Assembly (NCBI GenBank): GCA_016748015.1
Contig: JAAOMT010000571.1
Coordinates: 470,582 to 534,581 of the forward strand
Length of the DNA stretch: 64,000 bases
Origin: Geosiphon pyriformis uo1
Lineage: Eukaryota > Fungi > Glomeromycota
Reading direction: 5' to 3'
A model generated the notes under the pieces. It made no database searches and was not told the origin of the DNA. It saw only the letters and a program-made list of their open reading frames with translations. This document shows, piece by piece, positions 13,593-26,028 of the stretch. A program made the translations under genes and the position numbers. Each line of letters opens with the position of its first letter. The first letter of the stretch is position 1.

Positions 13593-15011
13593 GAAGAAGA
13601 TTGTCGGGAATATGCTTAGAATCTCTCCACAATCCCTCGATCCAAATCCTCTCACGAATATCAGGGCGAAAGGGATCCTGAAAAGGATGGATGGGTTTAA
13701 AGGAGATTTATATCGATTTTACTCCTTCATATTCTTTATATCCATTCTTTTTGTTATAAATATTTTTTTTCCTTCAAGCTCCTCCTGTACATCATTAACT
13801 TGCCATATTAGAAGTGTAAAAATTTAGAAAAACAACATTTTAGAAGATTATTGTGCAAATCAGATTGAAGGCTCTTCTCTTTCACTTGTGCTTAGTCAAG
13901 TTTTAATCTATTCATCTTGGTTAGTTTTTTTAATTGGCCAAATAGCGTATTATCAAGAAAATTCGTTTGTAGCGGTCAAAGGTCGGTCTTTCTGAATGTT
14001 ATCATCTGGGCACGTAATTAAGGTTTTTACCTTATTTTTTTCAAACTTCTTTATTCATAAAATAGGCACAAAATTTGCTAGAATCACAATTGTATAAAAG
14101 TTGCTTCTTATCGAAATTTCATGATTGTATTATTGTTCAAAAATATTTTTTCTGATACGTTTTAACAAAATTAGTAAAGGAAAAAAAGATGCTTTAATTA
14201 TAAAAGAAGACGCATGTATAAAATTTATAATTGTTTAATATTACTTTCACGGGGCATCATTAACTGACTGAATGAATGATCGATTATTCTTAAAGAATAA
14301 TGAATGTGACAAATATATATATATATACAAATTTTATCGAATATTGAATCTGCAAAAAAGGGTGTCTAAAATCCAATGAAGGAATAATGAGATTTTATTA
14401 AATCTTGAAAATGAATCATATCAGAAATATTAATTCTTGAAGAGCAAAAAGGCAATAATATATGATTCTTTTCAATCAACTTGGTGAAGCAGAAATTTCG
14501 GTTTCTCCCATTTTACAGCTTTTTTTAATCATGATAAAAATAAACTTTTTTAGTTGTTGTTCCCCATTACTTTCTGATGAAATTTAAAAAATAAAAAAAT
14601 TTATTTCAAAAAAAAAAAATTTTCTTGAAAATTTTTAAAATGGAGAACCCATTTTTTTTTAATGATTTATCATCCTTTTTTTTTTCTTTAGTTTGAGAAA
14701 AATTGTAATTCTTACCTTTTCAAATATATTTTAAAAAGATGGAATCAATCAAAAGTTCTAAAAAAAAAAAAATATATATATATTTTGAATTTTACCCATT
14801 GAAAAATATATCATTTTATTATTTTTTTTCATTTTTACTCCATTCAATTTTTATAAGCTATATAAAAAACTTGAAATTTTTGTTTCATTGTAAATTAAAT
14901 CTTGGGATTTAATGAAACTTTAAAGAATATATTAATATCAATTCTAAAATTAAAAAAAAAGCCAAGAAAAGCAAGACTAACGTTCAATCAAAAAAATTAT
15001 TATAATTAGAT

Positions 15012-15779
15012 TCAAAATGGATTCTCCCCAAAAGATTTTCGAACCGAGAGTCTCTTATGAACCGATGATGGTAATGACGATTGGGAAGTCGCAATTGTTG
15101 AAGTATTCTTTTCATTATCAAATTTTTTTCGATTCACTAATGATCTCTTTGTTCTTGAACCTGCCTTTCCATTGCTAATCATTTCACTTTTTTTCTCTAC
15201 ATCATTAAAATCCCTTACTTGCTTCACTTCAAAATTTCTTGTCGTCACAGCCTGATTGATCCCATCAACTGATTTTTTTCTCGCAACAGGGTACTTTCTT
15301 TCTTTATTATTACTACTACTAATACTACTACTACTACTACTATTACTAAATGTATCATTAACTTCTTTATCTGTCAAAGAAACCTTTTCACCATTCTTAT
15401 CTCTATCATGTTTACCTCCATTGTGATTATCGTTGTTTTCTTCACTATCCGTATCAGAAGTACAGTCCAATCGAAAAATCACTTGTCTTCGATCAATTTT
15501 ATCCACCACTCTGTATTGACTGTTAACGCCAGGATCTTGCAAGAAAATGAATCCTTGTTCATCAAAAATCTCGATTAACGTTTCGATCCAAACTGCAAAA
15601 TGGGATGCGCATTGAACTGGATCGTCTGCGTTGCGAATTTCAAGGACACGTTGATCAATTATATCACGAACAGCTTTGATTGGTCTTAAGATTCGGATTG
15701 GAGAATTTGTTGTTGTTGTTGTTGTTGTTGGGGTGGTATGGTTATTTGATGTATGAAGGGGGTTTGAAGAGTTGAACAT
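15012..15779 (-). CDS. Hypothetical protein (255 aa): about 80-aa globular N-terminal segment plus low-complexity charged tail
   Basis: ATG-initiated ORF with CpG-retaining coding composition. No family recognised. Confidence 0.7.
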   Translation of the reverse strand: MFNSSNPLHTSNNHTTPTTTTTTTNSPIRILRPIKAVRDIIDQRVLEIRNADDPVQCASHFAVWIETLIEIFDEQGFIFLQDPGVNSQYRVVDKIDRRQVIFRLDCTSDTDSEENNDNHNGGKHDRDKNGEKVSLTDKEVNDTFSNSSSSSSISSSNNKERKYPVARKKSVDGINQAVTTRNFEVKQVRDFNDVEKKSEMISNGKAGSRTKRSLVNRKKFDNEKNTSTIATSQSSLPSSVHKRLSVRKSFGENPF

Positions 15780-16751
15780 TTTTTCGAGCTAATGAAAGGG
15801 CAAGGAAATAATAAGAGGAATATTAAAGAAACAATTTAAAAGGTATGATATTAAAAATACTAGAGTAAATTTTGATGATTTGAAAATTCTCATCAAAGCT
15901 TGATTTATGATAAATGGTGTACTTATTCATTTCAAAGGTTGATTAAACAAACACCTGGTTCATGAAAATAAAGTTATTGATGATATTTTCGATACTGTTT
16001 AAACATGATTTAATCTTTTTTATAAGTTAAAACCAATTAACGATAATGAAGATTGTAACAGAAAAGAAAACATTGGGAAGCAATGGAAAATTTTTTGAAT
16101 TTTCATGTAAAAATGTAATAAATTATTTATTTTCATAATATATAATAATTAAGACAATATGTTCTAGAAATATTTAATATTTAATGTATATATATATAAA
16201 TATATATAAATATATACAAATATATATATTTAATATTAATAAAAGAATTTAATTTATCAAAGATAAATCTTTTTTTTTATAAAAAATAATATTTTAAATT
16301 ATATTTAAAAAAAACCTCTCCCCCCGATATCGACTGTAACAACTTTTTATATAAATAACCAAAAAGACTAATTTCCCTAAAGTAGTTTTTTAATTTATTT
16401 TTTAAATTTTTGTTAATTTTAAGAATAATTTTAATATCTTGAAAAATTAAAAAAAAAATTAAAATTAAAATTAAAATTAAAATTAAAAAAAAAGATTAAC
16501 CATATTTGTAATTAAGAAAATTAAACATTTTAATTTAAATAAAAAAGAATAATTGGGGGAATTTTTTTGTAATCTTTTGGTTTTGATATCTCATATGTAA
16601 TCCAATGTATGCTCACATAATAACTCACCCTGTCTATCAATCGAAATTATATATAATACTTCTTAGAATGGTGATAAATCCACAAGTTATTTAGGCACAG
16701 ATAATTTTTCCAGACTTCCCTCCCATTTTTTAAATTCTTCTAATAAAAATA

Positions 16752-19013
16752 ATGAACGCCATAATAGAACAAAACCCTTCAAATACTGAGAATTTTGTTT
16801 TAAATCTCGATTCAAGACCCACTAGCGATAATAATAACAACACCAACAACAATAAGGTCAATCACAATGAATTAAAGTGTAGAAACTATGAGAAAGCTGT
16901 TCAAGATCCTTTTGAGGGTTCACCTAATCTCAATAGAAATGAAGGTGCAGAACTTAAAAATTTACCAAATAAAGTTCCCAATATTATTGAAGCTTCAGAA
17001 GAGAAAGATATACAAGACGTCTCGCTAAAAACACAAAAACTCGGTCGAAAAAAATCACCAATTAATGGGAGTGCAGAACTCTCGTTACGTGAAAGTTTAG
17101 GATCATCAGATATGACGAAACGTTTATCTAGTTGGTTCACCTCTTTTTGGGTCCCACCACACGTTCAAGAGAGCGGTGTTCCCGCTGAAGATGATGATCC
17201 TGATTTTGTGAGATTTAAAAAAGGACTTTTTGAAAGTTTCGAACCTCCTAAAGCTGAATCAAACAGCCATCCTGTAATAGATCAGAGTATTTGGCTTATG
17301 GGTGTAAGATATGAAGTGGCCGGGAGGGCATCTAGTGAATCAAGTCGTTCATTTTACGATCCAGCCACATATTACTTTTCACCCCCAGGTTCTTTTCCAC
17401 ATCTTCCGGGACAACAACAACAATTGAATTTTGCTTCATATCCGACAGAATTTTATGATGATTTCACTTCAAGGATATGGTGTACCTATAGACATAATTA
17501 TGCCCCGATACGGCCAACAAATTTCACAAGTGATGCTGGGTGGGGATGTATGTTAAGAACTGGACAATCTCTTTTAGCAAATGCTTTGATAGTGCAATTC
17601 TTGGGCAGAGGTTTGCTTTATGGCATGGTTTTAAAGTTAGCCGTACATTATAATTCTATCTTTGTATTTTCTTTTAACTTATCATCAATCGCTGCTTCAA
17701 CTCAGAATGGCGAAGAGTTCGAAAGGGAGATGACACTTGGGGACCTTATGTCCAGGTCATATATTCGATTATTTGGATTATTTGGATTTTTCCTAAAACC
17801 AACCCTCTTCCATTAAACTAGTTTTCTTTTTTTCCTAAATAAAGATATTGACCTGGTTTCTCGATGATATGTCGTCTTTATGTCCTTTTTCTGTGCACCG
17901 CATCGCACTTTTGGGAAAGCAACTTGGCAAAAATATTGGAGAATGGTTTGGCCCTTCTACAGCTTCCCAAGCTATAAAGTGAGTTATTTACACAACACCA
18001 TATATTCTCAATACGTAAGCTGACAATCAATTTCTTCCCTGATATTACTTCTTTTTTTTTTTTTTTTTTTCAAGGGCTCTTGTGCAAAATTTTCCCACGG
18101 CACAATTGAGCGTACATGTGACAACCGATGCTGTAATATATAAAAAAGAAGTATACAAAGCAGCCCAGGATAATCAGAATCATCAAGAATTTCAGTCTGT
18201 ACTTATCCTGGTAGCCATTCGTCTTGGGACTAATAAATTGAATCCTCTATATTACGATGCGCTTAAGGCATACTTTGGATTTCCCGAGAGCGTTGGAATA
18301 GCAGGGTGAATGGTTAATACAACTGCTGAGATTTTGTTCGTCATAATCAATTCTGATAAATTTTACATTCTTTAGTGGAAAGCCGTCATCATCATATTAC
18401 TTTATCGGAACTCAAGGTATTTATCTCAGAGTTTGCGGTTTATTTCTTTTAGACATTAACCATTGTTAATTTAGCTTTATATTAGGTGAGGATTTGTTTT
18501 ACCTTGATCCACACCATTCAAGACCCATCATTGAATTGAAGGAAATCGATGAATTTACTGATGAAGTATGTGTTTATTCTCTATTTTTACCACTTAAATT
18601 CGAGAAAATTTAAATAAAGAATCAATCATAGGAATTGGCAACCTTTCACTGTGATACATTACGGAAAATTCATATATCTCAACTTGACCCTTCTATGCTT
18701 CTCGGCTTTTATTGTCGGACAGCCGCAGAGTTCGAGGCATTTTGTATGAGAGTGGAAGAGGTATGTAAATTTTCTCTGTGTCCCTAATTTTCTATTTGGC
18801 AGTATTATACCCATTTGTGGCCTTGCATTTTTCAAACAGGTTGGGAAAAGCCATAAATCTGTATTCACAATCGCGGATGAGGAACCAGTCTATCGTGAGG
18901 AGGATCTTGATGTGGTGGTCATATCTTCTGATGATGATGATGATGATGGGAACAAAGAAATAGCAAATCTGAAACCATTTGTTGAGACGGAAAATGAAAA
19001 TGATGACTTCTAG
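16752..19013 (+). CDS. ATG4: Autophagy cysteine protease Atg4 (peptidase C54); exons 16752-17610, 17706-17755, 17845-17978, 18075-18305, 18376-18416, 18486-18565, 18632-18760, 18840-19013
   Basis: [29 protein letters not shown] (catalytic Cys), [27 protein letters not shown] (Asp/His) and LDPSMLLGF are recovered by splicing. Confidence 0.96.
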
Positions 19014-20109
19014 GCAACATATAAGATACTAGGCCACAATCCAAATGTTTAGACCTAAATATCATTTTTCGTCCCAAATGTTTGCTGATTTCGCCTACAT
19101 CATTTGTTCCTTGATTTTTCAATCGTCGCCACTATACATCTTGGTCTTTCACTTCGAGCCCTTCGAAGGCAGATTATGGATTCAATCAAACCATTGATTC
19201 AATCGCAGCGAACCTGGGCCGAAAACATCTAACCAATGTTGTGAATAAGCTGGTTCATGTGAACCTTCTTTTGACTTCCTCCAAGATTATCTACGATCCT
19301 AATGTCAATAAGTTCAATATTACTCGCTTGATAGTCTTTTGTTTTTTACACCTAGATCGTGATATTGTAATTCAAAAATTTTATGTTTCCCAACACATTT
19401 TTTTGGTCTAATATTTTTCTGTACATTTACAATTATATTATTCTTATTATTATTACTATTTTTTTTCTTTATATACCTCTAGAGAAAAAACTGGAGGTTT
19501 GTAGTACATATTGATTAAAAAAATCTGGACACTTGAAACTTTGAGTAAATCTTGAAGCTATTCATATTTTTCGGCTATAGGATTTAACAAATTAATATAT
19601 AAAGTGTGATTTAAATATACCATTTGTCCAAGCTCTCGAAAATCTGGGATTATTACGTGAAATCCTTTCTTGGCCAAGTAAAAATAAATTAAAAAAGTAA
19701 AATTATAGTTACTTTTGTAATTGTTACTATTGCTATGAATTTAAATACAGTTAAAAATTTCATATTTTGTTTTAATATTGCATGTTTCTTTTATTTTTAT
19801 TTGTATTAAAGCTATTGTAAATATATAAATTCCACAAAACAATTTTACGTTCAGAATATTTCCAAAACTATAATTTTATTATTATTATTATTTTTTTGAT
19901 TGAGTGACATTCAAAATAAATATTAAATATTGTTAATATAAGAACAATGATCTTTTTATTTACTGTATTTATAAATTTATTATAATATTTATATATAAAT
20001 TAAATTTTGTTACTTTGTTTATAAACTATTTTTTGTTATATGTAATAATAATAATAAACTTATTTTTTAAAAATTTATAATTAATTTAAATTAATATTTA
20101 TAAATTAGT

Positions 20110-22460
20110 AAAAAGACTTCTTTCTTTTCTATATCTTAAATTCCTCAAAGAGCAAAATTTTAAAAAAAAAGTTTTTTTATTTTTTTTTGTCATTTTCTTG
20201 CAAACATTTCTCAAACAAATAATCACTTTATAGTAAATTTGGTGGCTGTCTTAGATAGCATTATGTCTAAAAAGAAAGCACCTAAAAGAGTTTTTTATAA
20301 TCTTGTTGGAGATTTTTTTTTCCAAAAGAAAAAAGTGTTTGTTGATAATATTAAGCATTTTAATGATGAAAAAGATATTTTTTTGGTTAAATTTGGTACT
20401 AATAGTAGTGTATTTTCAGATATGAACAACAAGTCTAATAATAGTAAAGATAATATTATCTCTTTAGATTGTTAATAATGGCTCTTTTCTTGGTTCAACA
20501 ACAAATACCCCTAAAGCTAAAAGAGTAAATACTGATTTAATTTATGGTTTTTTTATTGGTTTAATTAATTATAATATAGATGAAAATAAAGAATCTCTTT
20601 TTCTTCCTCTTAATATTTCTCTTAAAAAAAGATGGATTAATCCTAAGATAGTAAAAATCCAAGTTGAAATAACCATTAGAAAATTTTTTGTATTGGATAT
20701 TAATCTTTTAGTTGTTGAAAGAAAATCAATAATAACAAAAACTCAAGTAATTAGAAAACTTTTTTCAATAATTAATAGTTTTGAAAAGGCTACTATCCTC
20801 TTGAAAAATTATCTAATTAATATTTACATCAGAAAAAAGTATAAAAAGGACTATATTATTGGCTAAAGATAAAGGGATCATTATAAACAATGATGTTAAA
20901 AGACAAAAAATTTGTTTAAATTAAACAGTAGTTATAAAAAAATTTCTATAAATATGTCTAAGAAAATAATTATTACAGCTTTCTCTGATTTTGGTCAAGT
21001 AGTATCAATTTAATTATAATTAATTAAGCTGTAGTAAAAGATTGTGATAAAATTTACTAAATCAAATTAAGCTAATTAATTAACAGCAAAGTAGTTATTT
21101 CTTGTTAAAAAAGACTTAGTACATATAACTAAAACTGTAAAAGATTGTGAAGTTTAAATGTTAAAAAATTAGTTTAAAGTACTTCTGTTTACATTGTTTG
21201 TGAAAACAACTACTTATAATTATGGTGCTTTATTAAAAGAAACTGGTAAGAAAATTTGTGTCATAAATTGATCATTTAAGACTGGCAACAAAATTCATTG
21301 TATTGTAATTAGCTTTGAATTAGATAAGAAACTAGAAGTTATCTTTTATACAAAACTGATTTTTAGTAATGTAAAATTCTCTTGGACTAAGATGGATTTA
21401 GTTTAATATAAAAAATGTAAACATTTTGGTTATTTTGCTTTGGAATAGAGTACATCTGGTTTTTTTTCTTTTCAATCTTTGAAAATATTTAAGAAATTTG
21501 TTTTAGATAAAAAATGTCTTCAACTGGCCAAGTTATATGCCAAAAAAAACATTTTTGTTTTTTGTTTTGCTGTTTTTGATGGCAAATTATGGGCTTAAGT
21601 GGTCACAACAGCTCTTGTTTCTTATAATTTGTTAAATGATTTTGGTTTTGGCTCTTTTTTTTTGGTGTTTCAGGCTCTAATAAAAATTTTTTTTCATCTT
21701 ATTAGATGACTCTTCTTTGAATACTTATTTGGCCTCTTTGAAATGCTTTTTAAAACTTTTAGTAGATCAAGTATCTAGTATTGTGTGAAAATTAAGTTTT
21801 ATAAAACTGGTGTCTCTAATATCTGTTTTTTATATTTTCTTTTTAACTATTTCTGCATTTTTAAATTCAAATTTAGATTTAAATATAGTTCTAAAAAATT
21901 TGTTGATATTATTTATTCTCTTTTTTTCAGTTGCAAAGAATAAAACTTTAGATTTTAATTCAAGTAGTTTAAAGATTTTGATTACTAAAGTGGGTGGCTT
22001 AGAATAAAAAATAGTGACTTTTGAAGTATTAGTTAATTTGGTTTTAGCAAAATTAGATTAATTGTGTTTTGGTTTGAGTTCTTTAGTTCTCTTTTTATTT
22101 TAATAACCAGTTTATTATAAAAGTTTGCTATATGTAATATTTAAGATATTAATGTCTCTACAAAGCAAAAAAACATTGTTTATTAACATACAAATATGAA
22201 TAATATGGTTTCTATTATTACAGAAACAAAGCTAAAATCTAGTACTAGACCATGAATTATGAATAAGTTTGATAAAATGCAGATTTTTACATTTAGTTTA
22301 GATAAAAGTTTTCTTAATACTAAGATAGCTATTATTATAAACAATTTTTTGGCTCAGTATGTTTCTAAAATGGAGAAAATTCTTAGTCAGATTATTTCAA
22401 TATAGCTTTTTTTTAAAGACAAGCTTTTAGTTACAATTTTGAATTTATATACTAGTGTAT
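20110..22460 (+). mobile_element. Degenerate LINE (non-LTR retrotransposon): ORF1 ~20263-22106 and the start of ORF2 (APE endonuclease) 22103-22460, cut by an LTR insertion. The 5' boundary is approximate
   Basis: ORF1 relic with a decayed CCHC knuckle (YKKCKHFGYFALE*, ~21406-21448). ORF2 relic KFAICNI*DIN (cf. CNVRGIN), SIITETKL, and KIAII (cf. GVAII). Confidence 0.8.
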
Positions 22461-23274
22461 TATTACTTATAGAAATTAAAAATTATAATAGTAGATAAAA
22501 TAACTAATCAAAAATAAGTGTAATAAAAAAAAAATTACATGATTTCAGAATTTCAGAATTTCAGAATTTTTTTTAAGAAATTTCAGAATCTCAGAATTCC
22601 AGAATTTTTATCAAAGAAATTAAAAAATTTCAAGAAATTTTGTATAACACAAATTATATATATATAATAAAAGTATTAGAAACAAAAGACTTAAACAAAA
22701 TAGTAGCTAGCAATAACTACTTATTTTATATCTTTTTTTTCAAAAAATAGTTTTTTATAACTTAAAACAAAATTATATTAATATTAATAAAATATCTAAT
22801 TATCATTCAATCTATGTTATTATTATTGGCTTCAGAATATTAATCTATTCCACACTATTAACACTCTATGTTGATAGAATTTAATATCTAACCACACTGA
22901 ACTAATAGTTCTTGATTATAACTATTGACAGAATACTAATTTTTTATTTTATTTTGTTTTGTTTTGTTTTTTTGTTGTTTAATAATTGAATAAAAAAATT
23001 AAGTACTAAGTAATTGATATCAAGAATAGTCTGATAAAACCTATAAACAAGGGTAGAAAACTTAAGAATAGCTTACCAGAAAGACACAACTGCCAAAATA
23101 AACTGGCCACCACACTAAAAAAAGAATTTCACAGAAGATACCATTAATTAAATTTCTGTCTATTATACAAAAAACTTAACTAAAATCTTTAAAAATTACT
23201 AATATTTTTAGTTATTGAGTATTAAGTTATGTATTTGTTATTTGTTTTAACATTCCAAATAATTATTTGTAACA
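22461..23274 (+). repeat. 5' LTR of element 1 (family A)
   Basis: TATTAC (from TGTTAC)...TGTAACA. Homologous to 32585-33552, 50115-50942 and the D LTRs. Followed by a TTTGGTGCT PBS. Confidence 0.88.
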
Positions 23275-25920
23275 TTTGGTGCTTTTTGTAAGATATAATT
23301 TAACAGAAAACCAGCATCAACAACAATTATCCAGAAAAGTGACAAAATCAGAAATAACAGGAACAAACCATTTAGAATTTGCCAAATTCTTATTTTAATA
23401 TTACCAAATTTATCTTGGATTAACAAGTAATCATTGGCTAGCAGAATCAGCTTTCAATTTTTATGTTAATAAAAAAATTAAATTCTACTTAAAAAATTAA
23501 AGAGATTTAAAAACTGCTCTTAAAAATTTCTATAATGAATTACATCAAAGCATTACACTTTTACAAAATTATTTGTTTGTCTTACTAATTACAAAAATAA
23601 ATTAAAAAATTGAAAATTACATCTAACAAAGATTTTTTATTATCTTTATAGACAAAAAAAAATTACAAACTCCAGCAAAAACACCAAAAAAAATATAATT
23701 ACTTACTTGAAAGAAACCAAGAATTATTTTACTTATTTATTTATTATACTATTATATACTAAAAATACTATCTATGTACCATTCAAATCCACATCAATAT
23801 CAATAATGAAAACACTATTATTCAGAATACTATTCTAAAACAATCAAGAGAAAGCTAAATTATTAAGAACTTATAGAAATTTCTTTAAAAAATTTAAATT
23901 ATGATCAACAATACTATTAGAATTTTGATTATTATCAATCAAATTTTGAATCTACTAATTATTAGAAAAATACTAAATCAGAAAAAGAAGAAAACAGTAA
24001 TTAAAGAAATAATAATTAAAACCCAATCTCAATTAATCTAAAAATTATAACTCTAATTGTTTAAATTCAGTCAAACCCAAACAATTCAAACCCAGTTCCT
24101 ATTCTTTCAGAAAACTTATCTTTAGTTATTTCAATTAATTAACTATTAGCAGCATCAATTACCATTTAGCAACAATTCTAACAACAATTATTAATCACAC
24201 CAATGGCATATGTACTTATTGTCAAATTAGAAAAATTTATTAGTAAAGAGAATAACATCTAAACATAATTGAATAACATAGCCAAAACAATTATAGCCAA
24301 TAATTGAAACAATACTAGAACTCTTCAAACAATCTCATACTTTTTACAAGATACTGCCAACTTATGATATCAGAATTTTATAAACAAATCTCAAGATTTT
24401 GATGTATTCAAAACTGTGTTCTTACAATATTTCAGTAATTATAATAACATCAATTGCCAATTAATTAGCTTTGTTATAATTAAGCAAGGTAACAATAAAG
24501 CAGTCACTATTTACTTAAAATGTTTTCATAAAAACTTGTGCTAAATTCAAGCAATTAATGTTAACTACTTTATAGTACCACAAATTTTAAACCAATTTAT
24601 TTGACAAGTCTGTTCAATACATTCAAATATTTTCTAAAATACAGTTACTTATACCAGAAATTTTAAATCAGCTGAATTTGAAGTCAATTATATCCAAGCT
24701 GTAAATCTAATAATAAACAAATTATCTGAATTAAATATCAAATTGAAGCAATTTGGCAAAATCATCAATCAAAAAATCAAGGAATACTTAGCTAATAATC
24801 AAACAATTTATTAACTTCCTTAATGTTATAATAATTCAAGAAACTCCAATTATTTTCAAAATCAATTGCATCTGTCATTATCATTAGCCAATTAACTATG
24901 GTAACAAAAAATGTATAATTGCCATTATTATAGTAAATAAAGCCATTTAAAAGCAGATTGTCATTCTAAATTTAAAAACCAATGATTGAAAAGCCAATAT
25001 TAAAACTCTGATTACAGATTTTAAACTCTGAATTACATCTCAAATCAGAAACAATATCAATATTAGTCTTATTAAATTCCAATAATGTAACAACTAATAT
25101 ATTTATCTTTAATATATTAGATTTCAGCATTAATAATATATTAGTTACAGCCACAAATCATTTATTAATTCCAACAAATTCAAGTATTATTACAAAATAC
25201 TGTGCTAATACCAATCAGAAGCCAAAAACCAAGAATTATTTACTGTTATCCAAATAGAAAACCAACTCAAAGTTATGGAGAAAATGTGACCAAAAATATG
25301 ACAACATAAAATAATAAAAAATAATGTGAAAAAACACAAAATAACATGTAATAATTCAGGATAACATTATACAAAACTTGATAACATGTTGTTATGAGTT
25401 GGAGTAACAAGCTAACGGATAGCAAAAGAGAACAGGATTGTAGAGTAATGAAAAGAATCAAAGAGAATTCAGCTTCAAATAGCAAATTGAATAAATATGG
25501 ATTCAATATGCGAAATTAGTCTCATAAAATATCTTAGTCACTATACTTTTCAAAAATAACCAGGGAATTTGAAGGTAGAAGAATAGTTCATACTGTCAAC
25601 AAATAATTACACACTGGTATAATTCTATGCCTCACATTAGTGCTCTTAGAATTTAATATCAGGTATTAGATGTACTCTTCAGTCATATTTTATTCAATAA
25701 TCTTTAAATGCTGCAATTACATATTTCAGAAAAAGGATAAAGAATAACCAACAAGTAATTTTTTATCCCAAGATGTTCAGATACTTGAAAATAGGGAAAG
25801 GAAAATTAGTGATAAAAAAATAATTAAAATAAAAGTTGTTATTTTATTTATTTAATTTTCTTGATTTCTATATGTTTTTCTACAGTTAAGAGATTCATTG
25901 CTTATATAGCTATTAAAAGT

Positions 25921-26028
25921 GGTCAATGATCAGGTTAATGATTAAGTCAATGATCAGATTAATAATTAGGTTAATAATCAGATCATTAATCAGGTTAATA
26001 GTCAGGTCATTGATCAGGTCAATGATTA
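25921..26028. repeat. About 9 copies of a 12-bp GGTCAATGATCA array in U3 of the element B LTR
   Basis: Read directly. Only about 4 units are present in the partner LTR (33914-33962). Confidence 0.85.

Noticed and set aside
13534-13827. Poly-Arg/Lys ORF resembling a protamine or NLS
   Set aside because: It is an alternative frame of the GAG/GAA poly-Glu tail of the homeodomain gene.
25271-25280. Errantivirus-like AGTTA LTR terminus for element C
   Set aside because: Alignment with the 3' LTR extends to a canonical TGTTA at 25244/43780 with a matching TSD.
25921-26028. CRISPR-like array or nuclear-receptor response elements
   Set aside because: No unique spacers, and the context is a eukaryotic LTR. 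Fungi lack nuclear receptors.
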